Assembly: GCA_963725665.1 (NCBI GenBank)
Contig: CAVRZA010000006.1
Coordinates: 514,069 to 578,068, forward strand
Reading direction: 5' to 3'
From: an uncultured Actinomycetes bacterium
GTDB lineage: Bacteria; Actinomycetota; Thermoleophilia; UBA2241
DNA length: 64,000 nt
A program made the position numbers and the translations under genes. The notes under the pieces are model-generated. The model saw nothing but the letters and a program-made list of their open reading frames with translations, did no database searches and was not told the DNA's origin. This document shows positions 19,213 through 32,290 of the stretch, in pieces. Position 1 is the stretch's first letter; each line of letters begins with the position of its first letter.

Positions 19213-19975
19213 CTAAGGCCGCCGGGCGACCAGGAACCAGCTCGCGTGGTGGTGAGCGGACCCGTCGGCGTGCGGCTCGTCGTACTCGCGCTCGCTCAGT
19301 TCCTCGACGGACAGGAAGGAGAAGTCCTCGCGCAGCTCCTGTTCGCGGCAGAAGTGGAGGTAGACCGGGCGTGCAAAGGAGTCCCGCTCGCCGGGCACCG
19401 GCTCTCCCTCGCCATAGTGCTGAGGGTCGTTCGTCGAGAGCGTGCTCAGGAAGAGAAGGCCGGCGGGCTTCAGGAGGGCGCCGAGCGCCCTCCTGAAGCC
19501 CGCCCGCTCCTGCGGCCCGAGAAGCTGATAGAGGTTCGCGGCGAAGACGACGTCGAATGCCGCGCGCGACCCCTGTCGCACCTCACGTTCGATCTCGTCG
19601 AAGCCGGCGCGGCGGAACTCGACGGCCGGCTTCGACTCCGCCGCCCCGGCCGTCGCCGCCGCTGCCGTACGTCCCCGCGCCGGCCTCAACGGCCCCGCGC
19701 GCAGAGGTACGAGCGGCCGCGATCCCCTCGGCCGAAGGATCGGCGCCTAGGACCGGCGCGTGCAGCTCGCGCGAGAGATAGCGGCTGTCGCGACCGTAGC
19801 CACAACCGATGTCGAGGATGGAGAGGCCGGGACCGGCCGTCGCCAGCAAGCGCTCGACCGCGACGGCGGCAAGCTCGCTGGGGCGATCGCCCCAGGGTCT
19901 GCCGCCGTCGCGGTAGGCGTCGTCCCAGCGCGTGCTCACGGCCGTCGGGCTCGCCGACAACTCGACCCGACGCAC
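19213..19975 (-). CDS. Class I SAM-dependent methyltransferase (frameshifted)
   Basis: WDDAY...PWG...LDIGCGYGRDS in one frame; FDVVFAANLYQLL...LKPAGLLFLS in the next. Confidence 0.75.
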
Positions 19976-20067
19976 GCCCCGGCCGCCGACGTGACGGCAG
20001 ACCCACGACTTCCACCACGCGGCCCTGCGCCTCGGTGATCTGCCAGACCGCCACGCTCCGGCAGGAC

Positions 20068-20487
20068 TCAGGCGCCGCCAGAAGGCGTGAGCTCAGACGT
20101 GCAGAACGCGCAGCGCTTCGCCTCGATGGGGATCTCGCTCAGGCACTCCGGGCACTGCTTGGTGGTCGCATCGGCCGGCGCCTGACCGCGCGCGCGGCGC
20201 TCGGCGAGCTTGTTCATCGGCACGACGACGACGAAGTATATGGCCGCCGCTATGAGCAGGAACGAGATGATGGCGTTGATGAACGAGCCGTAGCGGAACG
20301 TGCTGCCGTTGATGGTGAAGGTGAGCTGCGAGAAATCTGGCTGGCCGAAGATGGCGGCGATGAGCGGCGTGATGATGTCGGCCACGAACGCCGTGATCAG
20401 CGCCCCGAAGGCGGCGCCGATGACCACCGCGACGGCCAGATCGACCACGTTCCCGCGCAAGATGAAGTCGCGGAATCCCTTGATCAT
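20068..20487 (-). CDS. mscL: Large-conductance mechanosensitive channel with C-terminal zinc ribbon
   Basis: GFRDFILRGNVVDLAVAVVIGAAF; ends with CPECLSEIPIEAKRCAFC. Confidence 0.95.
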   Translation of the reverse strand: MIKGFRDFILRGNVVDLAVAVVIGAAFGALITAFVADIITPLIAAIFGQPDFSQLTFTINGSTFRYGSFINAIISFLLIAAAIYFVVVVPMNKLAERRARGQAPADATTKQCPECLSEIPIEAKRCAFCTSELTPSGGA

Positions 20488-20722
20488 GACTCCTCCCCAT
20501 GAAGGCTCTTACCGTCGTGACCGCAGCGCTTCTGGTGGCGGCCATCCGGTCCTTAGTACCACACTGCCGCGAGGAGAAGCCTACCCCATCGGCCGCGCGC
20601 CCTCTACGCTCGCGCCGTTGAGCCGTCGGGGACCGGCGGGCCGCGCGGAGCCAGTGCCTCCCAGGGCCCGCGCGCTGTACGCGCGATCGCATCAGCGAGG
20701 GTCTCCGAGCGTCCTTCGGCCG

Positions 20723-21146
20723 TCAGCCCCCCGGCATCGCGTCGAGGACGCCGCGCAGATACCAGTACAGGTCGGTCTCGGTGTCGAGACGGATCGGCGG
20801 CTGATCCGCTTGAGGCCCGGCGACCCAGCTGCCCAGGCTGACGTCCGGCCCGACGTCGAGCTGCAACCGCCGCCCGCCGTTCAGATCGACGACCAGGCGC
20901 GTGACGGCATCCGGCGGTACGTCGCTCGTGTCTCGTTCCATCGAGCCGAACCCAGGCGGCCAGCTCGGGGGCGGGGCTGGCCAGGGTGCCGACCACGACG
21001 GGACCCTCGAGACTCTCGACCCGCGCCGCGACGACCTGATCTTGCGTGAATTGGAATGGGTACTCGTCGCGCCTGAATGACCACACGCCCACCACGACGA
21101 CGATCGCGCTGAGGACGACGAGAGCGATGAAGGCCGCGCGGCGCAC
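20723..21146 (-). CDS. Hypothetical membrane-anchored protein (probably frameshifted)
   Basis: N-terminal TM segment in ORF 20604..21146 with a plausible continuation in ORF 20723..20941. Confidence 0.45.
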
Positions 21147-21187
21147 CCGGGAAGGCTGGTCAGCCGACAGTGTCGACGCCGGCCATG

Positions 21188-22039
21188 TCAGATCAGCTGC
21201 CTGCGCGCGGCTCGCTTGGCCAGCCAGGCCTCGATAGCGGCCAGGACGACCTCTTTGCCCAGGTCGTTGTACGTCTCGTGCAGGTAACCGTCGTAGCGCA
21301 GCACCGTCTTGTCTTGAATGGTCACCTTCTGGACGAACGACTCGATGGCGGCAGGGTCGGCGACGGGGTCGTCGGGCGAGTAGACGACGAGCAGAGGGCC
21401 CGAAAGGGTCTCGGCGCGGCGTCTTGCGCGCGCCTGCGCCTTGAGCGTCTCCTCAGCCCAGCCGACCGTCGCCAAGTTGCCCACGAGCGGGTCATCCTCG
21501 TAGGCTGCCGCCACGTCGGGATCGCGCGACAGCATCTCTCCCTTGACGGGGTTGCGGATAGGAGAAGTGGGCGTGAGCTTCGCGGCCAGGTGCACGAACC
21601 GTGCGCGCCACTCCGGCACCTGGATGCGCAGCTTGAGGAACGGCGAGGAGAGGATCAGTCCGACGGGTCCCTTTGGATCCTGCTCGACGTAGGTCAGCGC
21701 GACGAGGCCGCCGAAGCTGTGTCCGAAAAGAGTGACTCGCTGGCGCGGAGCGTTCTCCTTGACGAGGTCGAAGAAGACCGCCGTGTCCGCTACGTAGTCG
21801 TCAAAGACATCGACGTGACCGCGTGTCCCGTGGGAGCGCCCGTTGCCGCGCAGATCGTAGGCATAGACAGCGAAGCCGTGCGTCGCGAGATGCTCGCCGA
21901 CCGAAGCGAGCCGGGCGCTGTGGTCGCCATACCCCGGGATCAGAGCGACCGCCTCTTTGGGCTCACCATCCGGCAGCCAGGCGCGATAGAAGAGCTGAAG
22001 ACCGTCGGGGGCCGCGAAGGTCTGCTCGGTCGTTTTCAT
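21188..22039 (-). CDS. Alpha/beta hydrolase, lysophospholipase/monoacylglycerol lipase family
   Basis: YDLRGNGRS, GHSFGG nucleophile elbow, and HE near the C-terminus. Confidence 0.9.
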   Translation of the reverse strand: MKTTEQTFAAPDGLQLFYRAWLPDGEPKEAVALIPGYGDHSARLASVGEHLATHGFAVYAYDLRGNGRSHGTRGHVDVFDDYVADTAVFFDLVKENAPRQRVTLFGHSFGGLVALTYVEQDPKGPVGLILSSPFLKLRIQVPEWRARFVHLAAKLTPTSPIRNPVKGEMLSRDPDVAAAYEDDPLVGNLATVGWAEETLKAQARARRRAETLSGPLLVVYSPDDPVADPAAIESFVQKVTIQDKTVLRYDGYLHETYNDLGKEVVLAAIEAWLAKRAARRQLI

Positions 22040-22219
22040 TGACCCTTCCCTGTGTCGCCGCGTGCGGGGCTTGTACTCGGGTCCACAATGCTACCATCCT
22101 GCGCTCGGTCGCCACCCTGCTACCTTGCTAGAACGGTCCGCAGTTGAGTTGTGGCGGCGAAACGACGATAATCCCGCGTGGGAACCTTCTTCCCGTCCGG
22201 AACCTCCCCCCGCCACCGT

Positions 22220-24939
<2,720 letters not shown>

Positions 24940-24983
24940 CGACCGCGGCACGCAGACGGGCGAGACTCGCGTCGATCCGTGCC

Positions 24984-25205
24984 CTACAGCCTCTCGAACT
25001 CGTCGACGGTAAGTCCTGCCTGGCGGATGATGCTGCGCAGCGTGCCCACAGCTACCTCGCGATGCCTGGGCACGACGACGGTGCGCGGTCCCGTTGCATC
25101 GCTCTTGGCGAACTTCACGTGACTGCCCCGAACGCTTACGACGTTGAAGCCCGCCCTGCCGAGCCTCCGCCTGACCTAGTCGAACGAAAGTGGCCTAAGC
25201 GGCAC
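24984..25205 (-). pseudogene. hicA: HicA-family toxin with in-frame TAG at codon 10
   Basis: Manual translation: MPLRPLSFD*VRRRLGRAGFNVVSVRGSHVKFAKSDATGPRTVVVPRHREVAVGTLRSIIRQAGLTVDEFERL (GSH, VPxH and GTLRSIIRQAG motifs). Confidence 0.85.
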
Positions 25206-25401
25206 GGATCTTGACGCGCAGCTTCCTCACAGGCGATGGTGCGGCGGCGGTAGGCTCGAGAAAGTGAAGCTCGAGGGCCTCCCGGAGGTTCGCGAGCGCC
25301 TCCTCTTCGGTGCGACCCTGGCTCGCCACGTCGACCTCGAGGCACTGAGCGACGTACCATCCGTCCTCTTGGGCGACCACAGCCGAGAACTCACGTTCCA
25401 T
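25195..25401 (-). CDS. hicB: HicB-family antitoxin, short form without DNA-binding domain
   Basis: FSAVVAQEDGWYVAQCLEVDVASQGRTEEEALANLREALELH. Confidence 0.88.
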   Translation of the reverse strand: MEREFSAVVAQEDGWYVAQCLEVDVASQGRTEEEALANLREALELHFLEPTAAAPSPVRKLRVKIRAA

Positions 25402-25529
25402 CTCATCCATAGTAGGAAGCCGATCCTCCCCTCACAAGGGCGATGTTTGCGTGTCCAGGCTACCATTCCATGATACGACCCGGGACACGGGTCCACGACC
25501 CTGAGTGGGCTGCCGTACGTCGAGTCGAC

Positions 25530-27131
25530 CTAGGCCGCCGGCCGCTCCTGCTCGCCCTCGAACGACTCGCCCTCGAAGCCAGCGCCGCCGACGGCCCGCG
25601 CAGCGGTCGCACCGGCCACGCCTTGACCCGGTTCCTCGACGACTCCGCTCGCCGTGACCTCGGAGCCCCTGAGCATGGTGATCGTCAGGACGACGCCCGT
25701 CAGCGTGATGGCGAGGAGCACGATGAAGGCGATGTGGAAGCCGTGCACGAGCGCGGCAGCTCCCGTCGCCGCCGAAGGGGCGTGACTTGTCAGGTAGTTG
25801 GAGGTTGCGGTGGTCGCGATCGTCGTGATCGCAGCCAGGCCGACGGCGCCGCCGATCTGCTGGCTCGTGTTGATCATGCCCGATGCGGCGCCCGCCTCAC
25901 CGGGCCTGACCCCGGTCAATGAGGAGATCTGGATCGGCACGAAGGTGAGACCGAGGCCGACGCCGCCGATGAGGAAGCCCGGCAGGATGTCGCTCACGTA
26001 GCTGCCGCCCACCGGCAGACGAGCGTAGAAGACGATCGCGAGACTCACCAGCAGCAAGCCGGCCGTCAGCACGATCCGCGGGCCGAGCCGGGTCACCAGG
26101 GCCTGCGCCACGACGGCCACGACGACCAGGGTCACGGTGCTGGCCACGTAGGCGACGCCGGTCCTCATGGCGGAGTAGCCCAGCACCTGCTGCATGTACA
26201 GCGTGAGCAGGAAGAACTGCGAGAAGAGCGCCCCGCCGACCAGCAGTCCGACGAGGTTCGCGGTGCGCGGCACCGGCAGCCGCAGCACTCTCAGCGGCAG
26301 AACCGGATTGCTCGTCCGGAGCTCGATGACGACGAAGGTCACGAGCAGCACCCCCGAGAGGGCCAGCAAGAAGACGGTCTCCGTGGCGGACCAGCCGATC
26401 TGCGTCGCTCGCGTGAGCGCGTAGACGAGCACCATCAGGCCGCCGGTGACGGTGACGGCTCCCCAGACGTCGAAACCGCGGCGTCCGATGGGGTTGCCGG
26501 CCGGTTCACGCGTGAGGAGGAACGGCGTGAGGCCGATCAGCGCGGCGCCGATCGGCACGTTGACGTAGAAGATCCACTGCCAACCGAAGGCGCTGGTCAG
26601 CACCCCGCCGAGCAGGGTCCCCGCGGCGGCGCCACTCCCGGCGATGCCGCCCCAGATGCCCAGCGCGAGGTTGCGCTCGCGGCCCTCGGTGAACGTCGTC
26701 GCAAGGATCGACAGCGCTGCCGGCGACAGCAGGGCGCCGCCCAAGCCCTGGAGGGCCCGGAACGCGATCAACGACCCCTCCGACCAGGCGAAGCCGCACA
26801 TGAGCGAAGCACCAGTGAAGACGGCAAGGCCGGTCATGAAGACCAGACGCCGGCCGAGCCTGTCAGCGAGGCGGCCACCGAGCAGCAGGAAGCCGCCGAA
26901 CATGATGGCGTAGGCCGTCAGGACCCACTGCAGGCTCTGGTTGGTGAAGTTCAGATCGGTGCGGATCGACGGCAGGGCGACGTTCACCACGGCGATGTCG
27001 AGCACGACCATGAACTGGGCGACGCAGATGGCCGCCAGGATGTACCACTTGCGCCGGTCCCAAGCCGACCGGGCGTTCTCAGGATATGCGGCCTCGCGGC
27101 CGGCAGGTGCGGATGTCGCGGGGGTAGCCAA
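25530..27131 (-). CDS. MFS drug:H+ antiporter, DHA2 family (14 TM)
   Basis: FMVVLDIAVVNVALPSI, GGRLADRLGRR, WQWIFYVNVPIG and QQIGGAVG motifs. Confidence 0.92.
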   Translation of the reverse strand: MATPATSAPAGREAAYPENARSAWDRRKWYILAAICVAQFMVVLDIAVVNVALPSIRTDLNFTNQSLQWVLTAYAIMFGGFLLLGGRLADRLGRRLVFMTGLAVFTGASLMCGFAWSEGSLIAFRALQGLGGALLSPAALSILATTFTEGRERNLALGIWGGIAGSGAAAGTLLGGVLTSAFGWQWIFYVNVPIGAALIGLTPFLLTREPAGNPIGRRGFDVWGAVTVTGGLMVLVYALTRATQIGWSATETVFLLALSGVLLVTFVVIELRTSNPVLPLRVLRLPVPRTANLVGLLVGGALFSQFFLLTLYMQQVLGYSAMRTGVAYVASTVTLVVVAVVAQALVTRLGPRIVLTAGLLLVSLAIVFYARLPVGGSYVSDILPGFLIGGVGLGLTFVPIQISSLTGVRPGEAGAASGMINTSQQIGGAVGLAAITTIATTATSNYLTSHAPSAATGAAALVHGFHIAFIVLLAITLTGVVLTITMLRGSEVTASGVVEEPGQGVAGATAARAVGGAGFEGESFEGEQERPAA

Positions 27132-27479
27132 CGCACTCTCCTTGCCTCGGCCGGAAACGTCGGCACCCTCTGCTCTTCAGCTCTCTGCGGCGGCAGCCGC
27201 CGCGCCCGGCACGCTTCTACTGAAAAGGCGAACCGCGAGGGCTGCGAAGGCCACCCGCGGCGCTCTTGTCTTGCGGCGCAGGCTTCCCCGTGTCGCCTGT
27301 CCCTAACCAAAACGAGCGTCGCCGCGCTCGTTTCTCAGGTGGGGACGGTCATCCCTCGGGCGGGCCGTCGCAGCCCGCGCCGCCGGCAGACCGCCCACGG
27401 TCGGAAGACCGGGCCAACGGTTTCCCCGATTGCGGTCAGGGAAGGTGGCTACTCTCGGCAACTACCCAAAGGAGAGGCT

Positions 27480-27800
27480 GTGGCGAGGTACATGTGGCGC
27501 GCCGGATACACGGCGGAGGGGACCAAGGGCCTCCTGAAAGTGGGAGGCAGCAACCGGCGTCAGGCGGTCGAGCAGCTGGTGAAGAAGGCCGGCGGCACAC
27601 TCGAGGGTTTCTACTACGCGTTCGGAGAGGACGACGTCATCGTCATCGCCGAGCTCCCCGACAACACGACGGCGGCGGCGGCCGCGCTGACCATCTCGAG
27701 CTCGGGAGCCGTGCGCGTCACGACGACGGTGCTGCTGACCCCCGAGGAGATAGACGAGGCGACCCGCAAGCAGGTCGACTACCGGCCCCCGGGCTCCTGA
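27480..27800 (+). CDS. GYD domain protein
   Basis: YTAEGTKGLLK...GGTLEGFYYAFGEDD...TTVLLTPEEID...YRPPG; AAAGGAG RBS. Confidence 0.85.
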   Translation: MARYMWRAGYTAEGTKGLLKVGGSNRRQAVEQLVKKAGGTLEGFYYAFGEDDVIVIAELPDNTTAAAAALTISSSGAVRVTTTVLLTPEEIDEATRKQVDYRPPGS

Positions 27801-27883
27801 GGCCGGCAGCGCTGGAACACACGCCGGGCACCACCCGGGCGGGGCGGCGGGGGCGGTCGAACGACCGCCCCGGCGCTCGTTCA

Positions 27884-27915
27884 TTGACGACCGCCGCCTC
27901 ACGGCGTTGTAGACT
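27884..27915 (+). promoter_or_regulatory. MerR-type promoter (20-nt spacer containing a dyad)
   Basis: TTGACG-N20-TAGACT with CGCCG-cctca-CGGCG in the spacer, upstream of the MerR remnant. Confidence 0.6.
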
Positions 27916-27945
27916 GAGGCACTCGCCCGCGACGACCTCGGCACG

Positions 27946-28398
27946 GTGCCTGTGGACAGAGGGGAAGACGACCTCATCCCGATCCGCCGCTTCGCCGGGC
28001 TCACCGGCATCCTCGTGCGCCTGCTGCGCGACCTCGACCTGCCCCTGAGCGAAGTCAAGGAGCTGGTCACGCGCGGTGGCGACGAGCAGCTGCGTACCCT
28101 GCTCGCGCACCACCGCGAGCGCATCGTCGAGCGCCACGCGGCGCTCGAGCGCATCCTGGCACGCATCGACGTCGCGCTCGACCAGGGCCGCGGCCTGCTG
28201 GCGTACGAGATCGAGCTCGTGACGCTCGAGCCGCGATGGGTGGTCAGCCGCCGGGCGCACGTCCGCCGTCCGCAGCTTCATGAGCCTCACCGATTCTACG
28301 ATTCTCCGGCACAGCGGCCGGCATTGCGACGGGGGTCAGAAGGCAGCGGCAACCAGGAGGCAGCGCTACGACAGAAGGTGAGCGGACCCGCCGTCTAA
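27946..28398 (+). pseudogene. Internally deleted and truncated MerR-family (BmrR-like) regulator
   Basis: LIPIRRFAGLTGI joins directly to LVRLLRDLDLPLSEVKEL, so the HTH core is missing. The coiled coil and the start of a GyrI-like domain follow, then the sequence degrades. Confidence 0.65.
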
Positions 28399-28546
28399 GA
28401 GACGAGTGATGGCACGGTCCGTTCCCCGCTCTCCGTGCAGGCGGGGGCGATACCGTGCCGATCCCACGTCCGAGCCCAAGGCGGCACACGAACGCGAAGG
28501 GGAGACCTTCTAGTCTCCCTCGCAGAGCCATCGAAGGGGGAAAAGC

Positions 28547-30382
28547 ATGACGGTTCGTCTGATCTTCAGGTCGCGACTCCTCTTACTCGTGGTCGCGATC
28601 CTGCTCGTCGCAGGCCTCATGTGGGGGTTAGGAGGTGCACTGGCCGCCAGTTCGAGCCCCAGCCCGACCAGCGGGAAGATCGTGCTCAAGGTCGGCTGGT
28701 TGACCGAGCCCGACAACCTGAACCCGTTCATCGGCTGGGCCAACTCGTCGTACGAGATCTGGGGGATGAACTACGACTTCCTCTTCGGTTTCGGGGCGAA
28801 CGAACAGCCGACGCTCGACGTGGCGAGGGAGTTCCCGACCCAGCAGAACGGCGGCATCTCACCCGACGGCAAGGTCTGGACAGTCCACCTACGCCCCGAT
28901 CTGAAATGGCAAGACGGGACTCCGTTGACCGCCGACGACGTCGCCTTCACCTACAACTACGTCGTCAAGAACCACATGGCGCTGATGGCCATCACTACTC
29001 TTGGCATCAAGGAGGCAAAGGCCGTCGACCCGACCACGGTGCAGATCGTCTGTTCGCATCCCAAGGCCGACATGGAGCACATCTTTCTGCCCATCCTGCC
29101 CAAGCACATCTGGGAAAGCGTCCCCCCCGACAAGGCTCAGAGCACGTACGCCAACAAGCTACCGATCGTCGGCAGCGGCCCCTTCCAGACGGTCGAGTTC
29201 GTGCGCGGCAAGTACCTGAAGATGGCCAGGAACCCCAACTGGTGGGGCAAGCGACCGACGATCGATGAAGTCCTCTTCGTGACTTACCAGAACGCCAACG
29301 CCATGGTCGACGATCTCAAGTCGGGAACGATCGACGCCGCCTGGGGTATCCCGACGGCGCAGTTCGCGGGGCTCAAGGCGACGGAGGGCATCGCGGCCCT
29401 CAACTACATCTACTACAACTGGGACTATCTCAACTTCAACGCCTACGACCAGCCCAGCTCGCTGGGCAACCCCGTGCTGCGCGATTGGCGGTTTCGTCAC
29501 GCCCTGAACTACGCCGTCGACAGGCCACAGCTCTGCAAGGTCGCCTTCCAGGGCTACGGCATCCCCGGTACCACCATTCTGCCGTCCGGCATGTGGAGCA
29601 ACCCCGACTACCATTGGCAGCCGCCGGCCGACCAGGCCTACACCTTCGATCTCGCCAAAGCCAACCAGCTGCTCGACCAGGCCGGCTACACGCGGGGCGC
29701 GAACGGCGCTCGCCTTTTCAAGGGTAAGCCGATCAGCCTGCGGCTATGGGCCATGACCGACAGCCCCGAGGCCCAGGCAGAGGGCAGGCTGATCACCGGC
29801 TGGTTCCAGCAGCTCGGCCTCAGGATCACGTTCTCGGTGCTCGAGCGCGGCACCCAGCAGGCCCATCTGTGGAACTTCAAGGGCAACGCCTACGCGCCCG
29901 ACTTCGACATGTACATCGACGACTGGGCGGGCTACTCGGATCCCGGCCAGACGCTGGCCGCCGAGACGACCTCGCAGATCGGCTACGCCAACGAGCCCTG
30001 CTGGTCGAATACCCTCTACGACAGGCTCTGCAACGACCAGGCGGCGACCCTCGATCTCCAGCAGCGCAAGGCGATCATCTGGCACATGCAGCAGATCATG
30101 TATCAGCAGACGCCATGGATGCTGCTCAGCTACCCCGACTACCTCGAGGCCTACAACACGAGCAGGTGGACGGGCTGGACGCGGGTGATGAACGGACGCG
30201 GACCGGCCTTCTACACCGCTGGCAACAACGACTCCTACCTGAACCTGCAGCCGCAGACGGCCGCAACGAGCGGCGGTGCCAACCTTCCAGTGATCGTCGG
30301 CGCCGTCGTGGCCGTCGCCGTCGTGGCCGCCGTCGCCGTGTGGCTGCTCAGAAGGCGGCGCACCAAGGCCGAGGAAGTCTAG
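28547..30382 (+). CDS. Peptide/nickel ABC substrate-binding protein (family 5) with C-terminal TM anchor
   Basis: EPDNLNPF, WQDGTPLTADDVAFT and VGSGPF motifs; C-terminal TM segment followed by RRRR. Confidence 0.9.
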   Translation: MTVRLIFRSRLLLLVVAILLVAGLMWGLGGALAASSSPSPTSGKIVLKVGWLTEPDNLNPFIGWANSSYEIWGMNYDFLFGFGANEQPTLDVAREFPTQQNGGISPDGKVWTVHLRPDLKWQDGTPLTADDVAFTYNYVVKNHMALMAITTLGIKEAKAVDPTTVQIVCSHPKADMEHIFLPILPKHIWESVPPDKAQSTYANKLPIVGSGPFQTVEFVRGKYLKMARNPNWWGKRPTIDEVLFVTYQNANAMVDDLKSGTIDAAWGIPTAQFAGLKATEGIAALNYIYYNWDYLNFNAYDQPSSLGNPVLRDWRFRHALNYAVDRPQLCKVAFQGYGIPGTTILPSGMWSNPDYHWQPPADQAYTFDLAKANQLLDQAGYTRGANGARLFKGKPISLRLWAMTDSPEAQAEGRLITGWFQQLGLRITFSVLERGTQQAHLWNFKGNAYAPDFDMYIDDWAGYSDPGQTLAAETTSQIGYANEPCWSNTLYDRLCNDQAATLDLQQRKAIIWHMQQIMYQQTPWMLLSYPDYLEAYNTSRWTGWTRVMNGRGPAFYTAGNNDSYLNLQPQTAATSGGANLPVIVGAVVAVAVVAAVAVWLLRRRRTKAEEV

Positions 30383-32055
30383 TGGGCGCGGCGCCGGGCG
30401 AAGCCGGCGCGACGCGCCCGGCCGACATCGTCTTTCGCAACGGGTCCGTCTACACGGCGAGCGCCGGGCGCCCCAGGGCGCAGGCGGTCGCCTTGGCGGC
30501 CGGCCGGATCGCCTTCGTGGGGCGCGACGAGGAGGCCCTACGCTACGTCGGCTCGCGCACCCGCGTCGTCGACCTCGGCGGACGCCTCATGCTCCCCGGC
30601 TTCATCGATAGCCACGCCCATCCTTCGGAGATGGTCGAGTACGTGTACGGTGTCGGCCTCAAGGGGCTGGACGCGATCGACCGCTACAAGCAAGCGGTGC
30701 GCGCGTTCGCCACGGAGCACCCAGAGCTCTCGGGCATCCGCGGCTGGGGCTGGAGCAACGTGATCGCTCCGGGGACGGGGCCCCGCGCCGTGGACCTGGA
30801 CGAGGCCGTTGGTGACCGGCCGGCGATGATGCGCTCCGAGGACGGACACTCGCTGTGGGCCAACACGGCCGCTTTGCGGCTCGCCGGAGTCACGGCGGAG
30901 ACGCCTGATCCGCGCAACGGCGTGATCGAGCGCGACATAGCGTCGGGCGAGCCGACGGGCACCCTCCGCGAAGGGGCGATGCAGCTCGTGCAACGCGTCT
31001 TCCCGCCCTACACCGTGGATCAGTGCGCGGCCGGCCTGCGCTGCTTCCAAGAGGATGTCGCTGGGCTGCTAGGCATCACGACGGTCTTCAACGCCATGAG
31101 CGTCCCCGGCGACCCCGTGCTCGAGGCCTTCGAGAGGCTGCAGACCGAGGGCGAGCTCACCGTGCGCTACCGTGCCGGCCTCTGGCTGCAATCGGACCTG
31201 CCGCTCGGCGAACAGCTGCGCGCCGCGGTGGCCGAGCGCGCCAAGCACTCAGGGTCGCTGTTCAAGACTGAGACCGTCAAGCTGTTCGCCGACGGCGTCG
31301 TCGAGGGTCACACGGCCTACCTCGACGAACCCTACGCCGACGCCCCGGGCGACCGGGGGTTCCCCGAGTGGTCGGCCGAGGCCCTGACCGAGGCGTCGAT
31401 CGCCGCCGCGCGTGAGGGCTTTCAGCTCCACTACCACGTCATCGGCGATGCGGCGGCGGCGATGGCGCTCGACGCCATCGCCGCCGCACAGGCGGCCGGG
31501 ATGACGCGCGGACGCCCCGGCGTGACCCACGTGCAGCTCGTCCGCCAGGCCGACTTCCGACGCTTCGCCGATCTCGGGGCCGTCGCCATCCCCAACCCCT
31601 ACTGGTTCCTCAGGGACGACTACTTCTACGACCTGCAAGTGCCCTACCTCGGTGCGGACCGGGCGGACCACGAGTACCCCATGCGCAGCTTCTTCGAGGC
31701 AGGGGCACACGTGGCCTCGGCGAGCGACTTCCCGGTCACGGCACCACCCGCTCCGCTCGTAGGCATCCAGATCGGTGTGCTGCGCTGGTACCCCGGCGAG
31801 GCCGAGCCGGGCGACGTGCTCTGGCCCGACGAAGCGGTCTCCGTCGAGCAGATGATCGACAGCTTCACCATCGAGGGCGCCTACGCTCACTTCCTCGAGC
31901 ATGAGACGGGCTCGATCGAAGTGGGCAAGGCGGCCGACATGATCGTGCTCGACCGGGACATCCTCACGGTCCCGCCCGATGAGATCGGCGGAAGCTCAGT
32001 GCTCCTCACGTTGTTCGGCGGCAAGGCCGTCCACGGCAGCCTCTCGCTCGAGTAG
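30382..32055 (+). CDS. Amidohydrolase 3 family (YtcJ-like)
   Basis: LPGFIDSHAH, VKLFADG, HVIGD, HVQL, SDFPV and GSIEVGKAADMIVLD motifs. Confidence 0.9.
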   Translation: MGAAPGEAGATRPADIVFRNGSVYTASAGRPRAQAVALAAGRIAFVGRDEEALRYVGSRTRVVDLGGRLMLPGFIDSHAHPSEMVEYVYGVGLKGLDAIDRYKQAVRAFATEHPELSGIRGWGWSNVIAPGTGPRAVDLDEAVGDRPAMMRSEDGHSLWANTAALRLAGVTAETPDPRNGVIERDIASGEPTGTLREGAMQLVQRVFPPYTVDQCAAGLRCFQEDVAGLLGITTVFNAMSVPGDPVLEAFERLQTEGELTVRYRAGLWLQSDLPLGEQLRAAVAERAKHSGSLFKTETVKLFADGVVEGHTAYLDEPYADAPGDRGFPEWSAEALTEASIAAAREGFQLHYHVIGDAAAAMALDAIAAAQAAGMTRGRPGVTHVQLVRQADFRRFADLGAVAIPNPYWFLRDDYFYDLQVPYLGADRADHEYPMRSFFEAGAHVASASDFPVTAPPAPLVGIQIGVLRWYPGEAEPGDVLWPDEAVSVEQMIDSFTIEGAYAHFLEHETGSIEVGKAADMIVLDRDILTVPPDEIGGSSVLLTLFGGKAVHGSLSLE

Positions 32056-32104
32056 CACGCGCCGGGAGAAGGCCGAAGAAACCGATCCCGCAGAGGGTCT
32101 GCGA

Positions 32105-32136
32105 GGGCGCGACGGGGCCTCGGCCCCGTCGCGCCC
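32105..32136. terminator. 15-bp hairpin after the amidohydrolase gene
   Basis: GGGCGCGACGGGGCC-TC-GGCCCCGTCGCGCCC. Confidence 0.55.
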
Positions 32137-32290
32137 GCGCGAGCCAAGGTGTAGGTTGTGGCTGCGGCCGCGCCACGCGCCGAGGAGCCAGCAGGACTAC
32201 TCGACGCAAAGCCGCAGCCGCAGATGGAGCCCGGGCCCAGACGACGAGGCCACGGGCCTTGAGCGACGAGTGTGGAAGGGTCGTGGGAGC

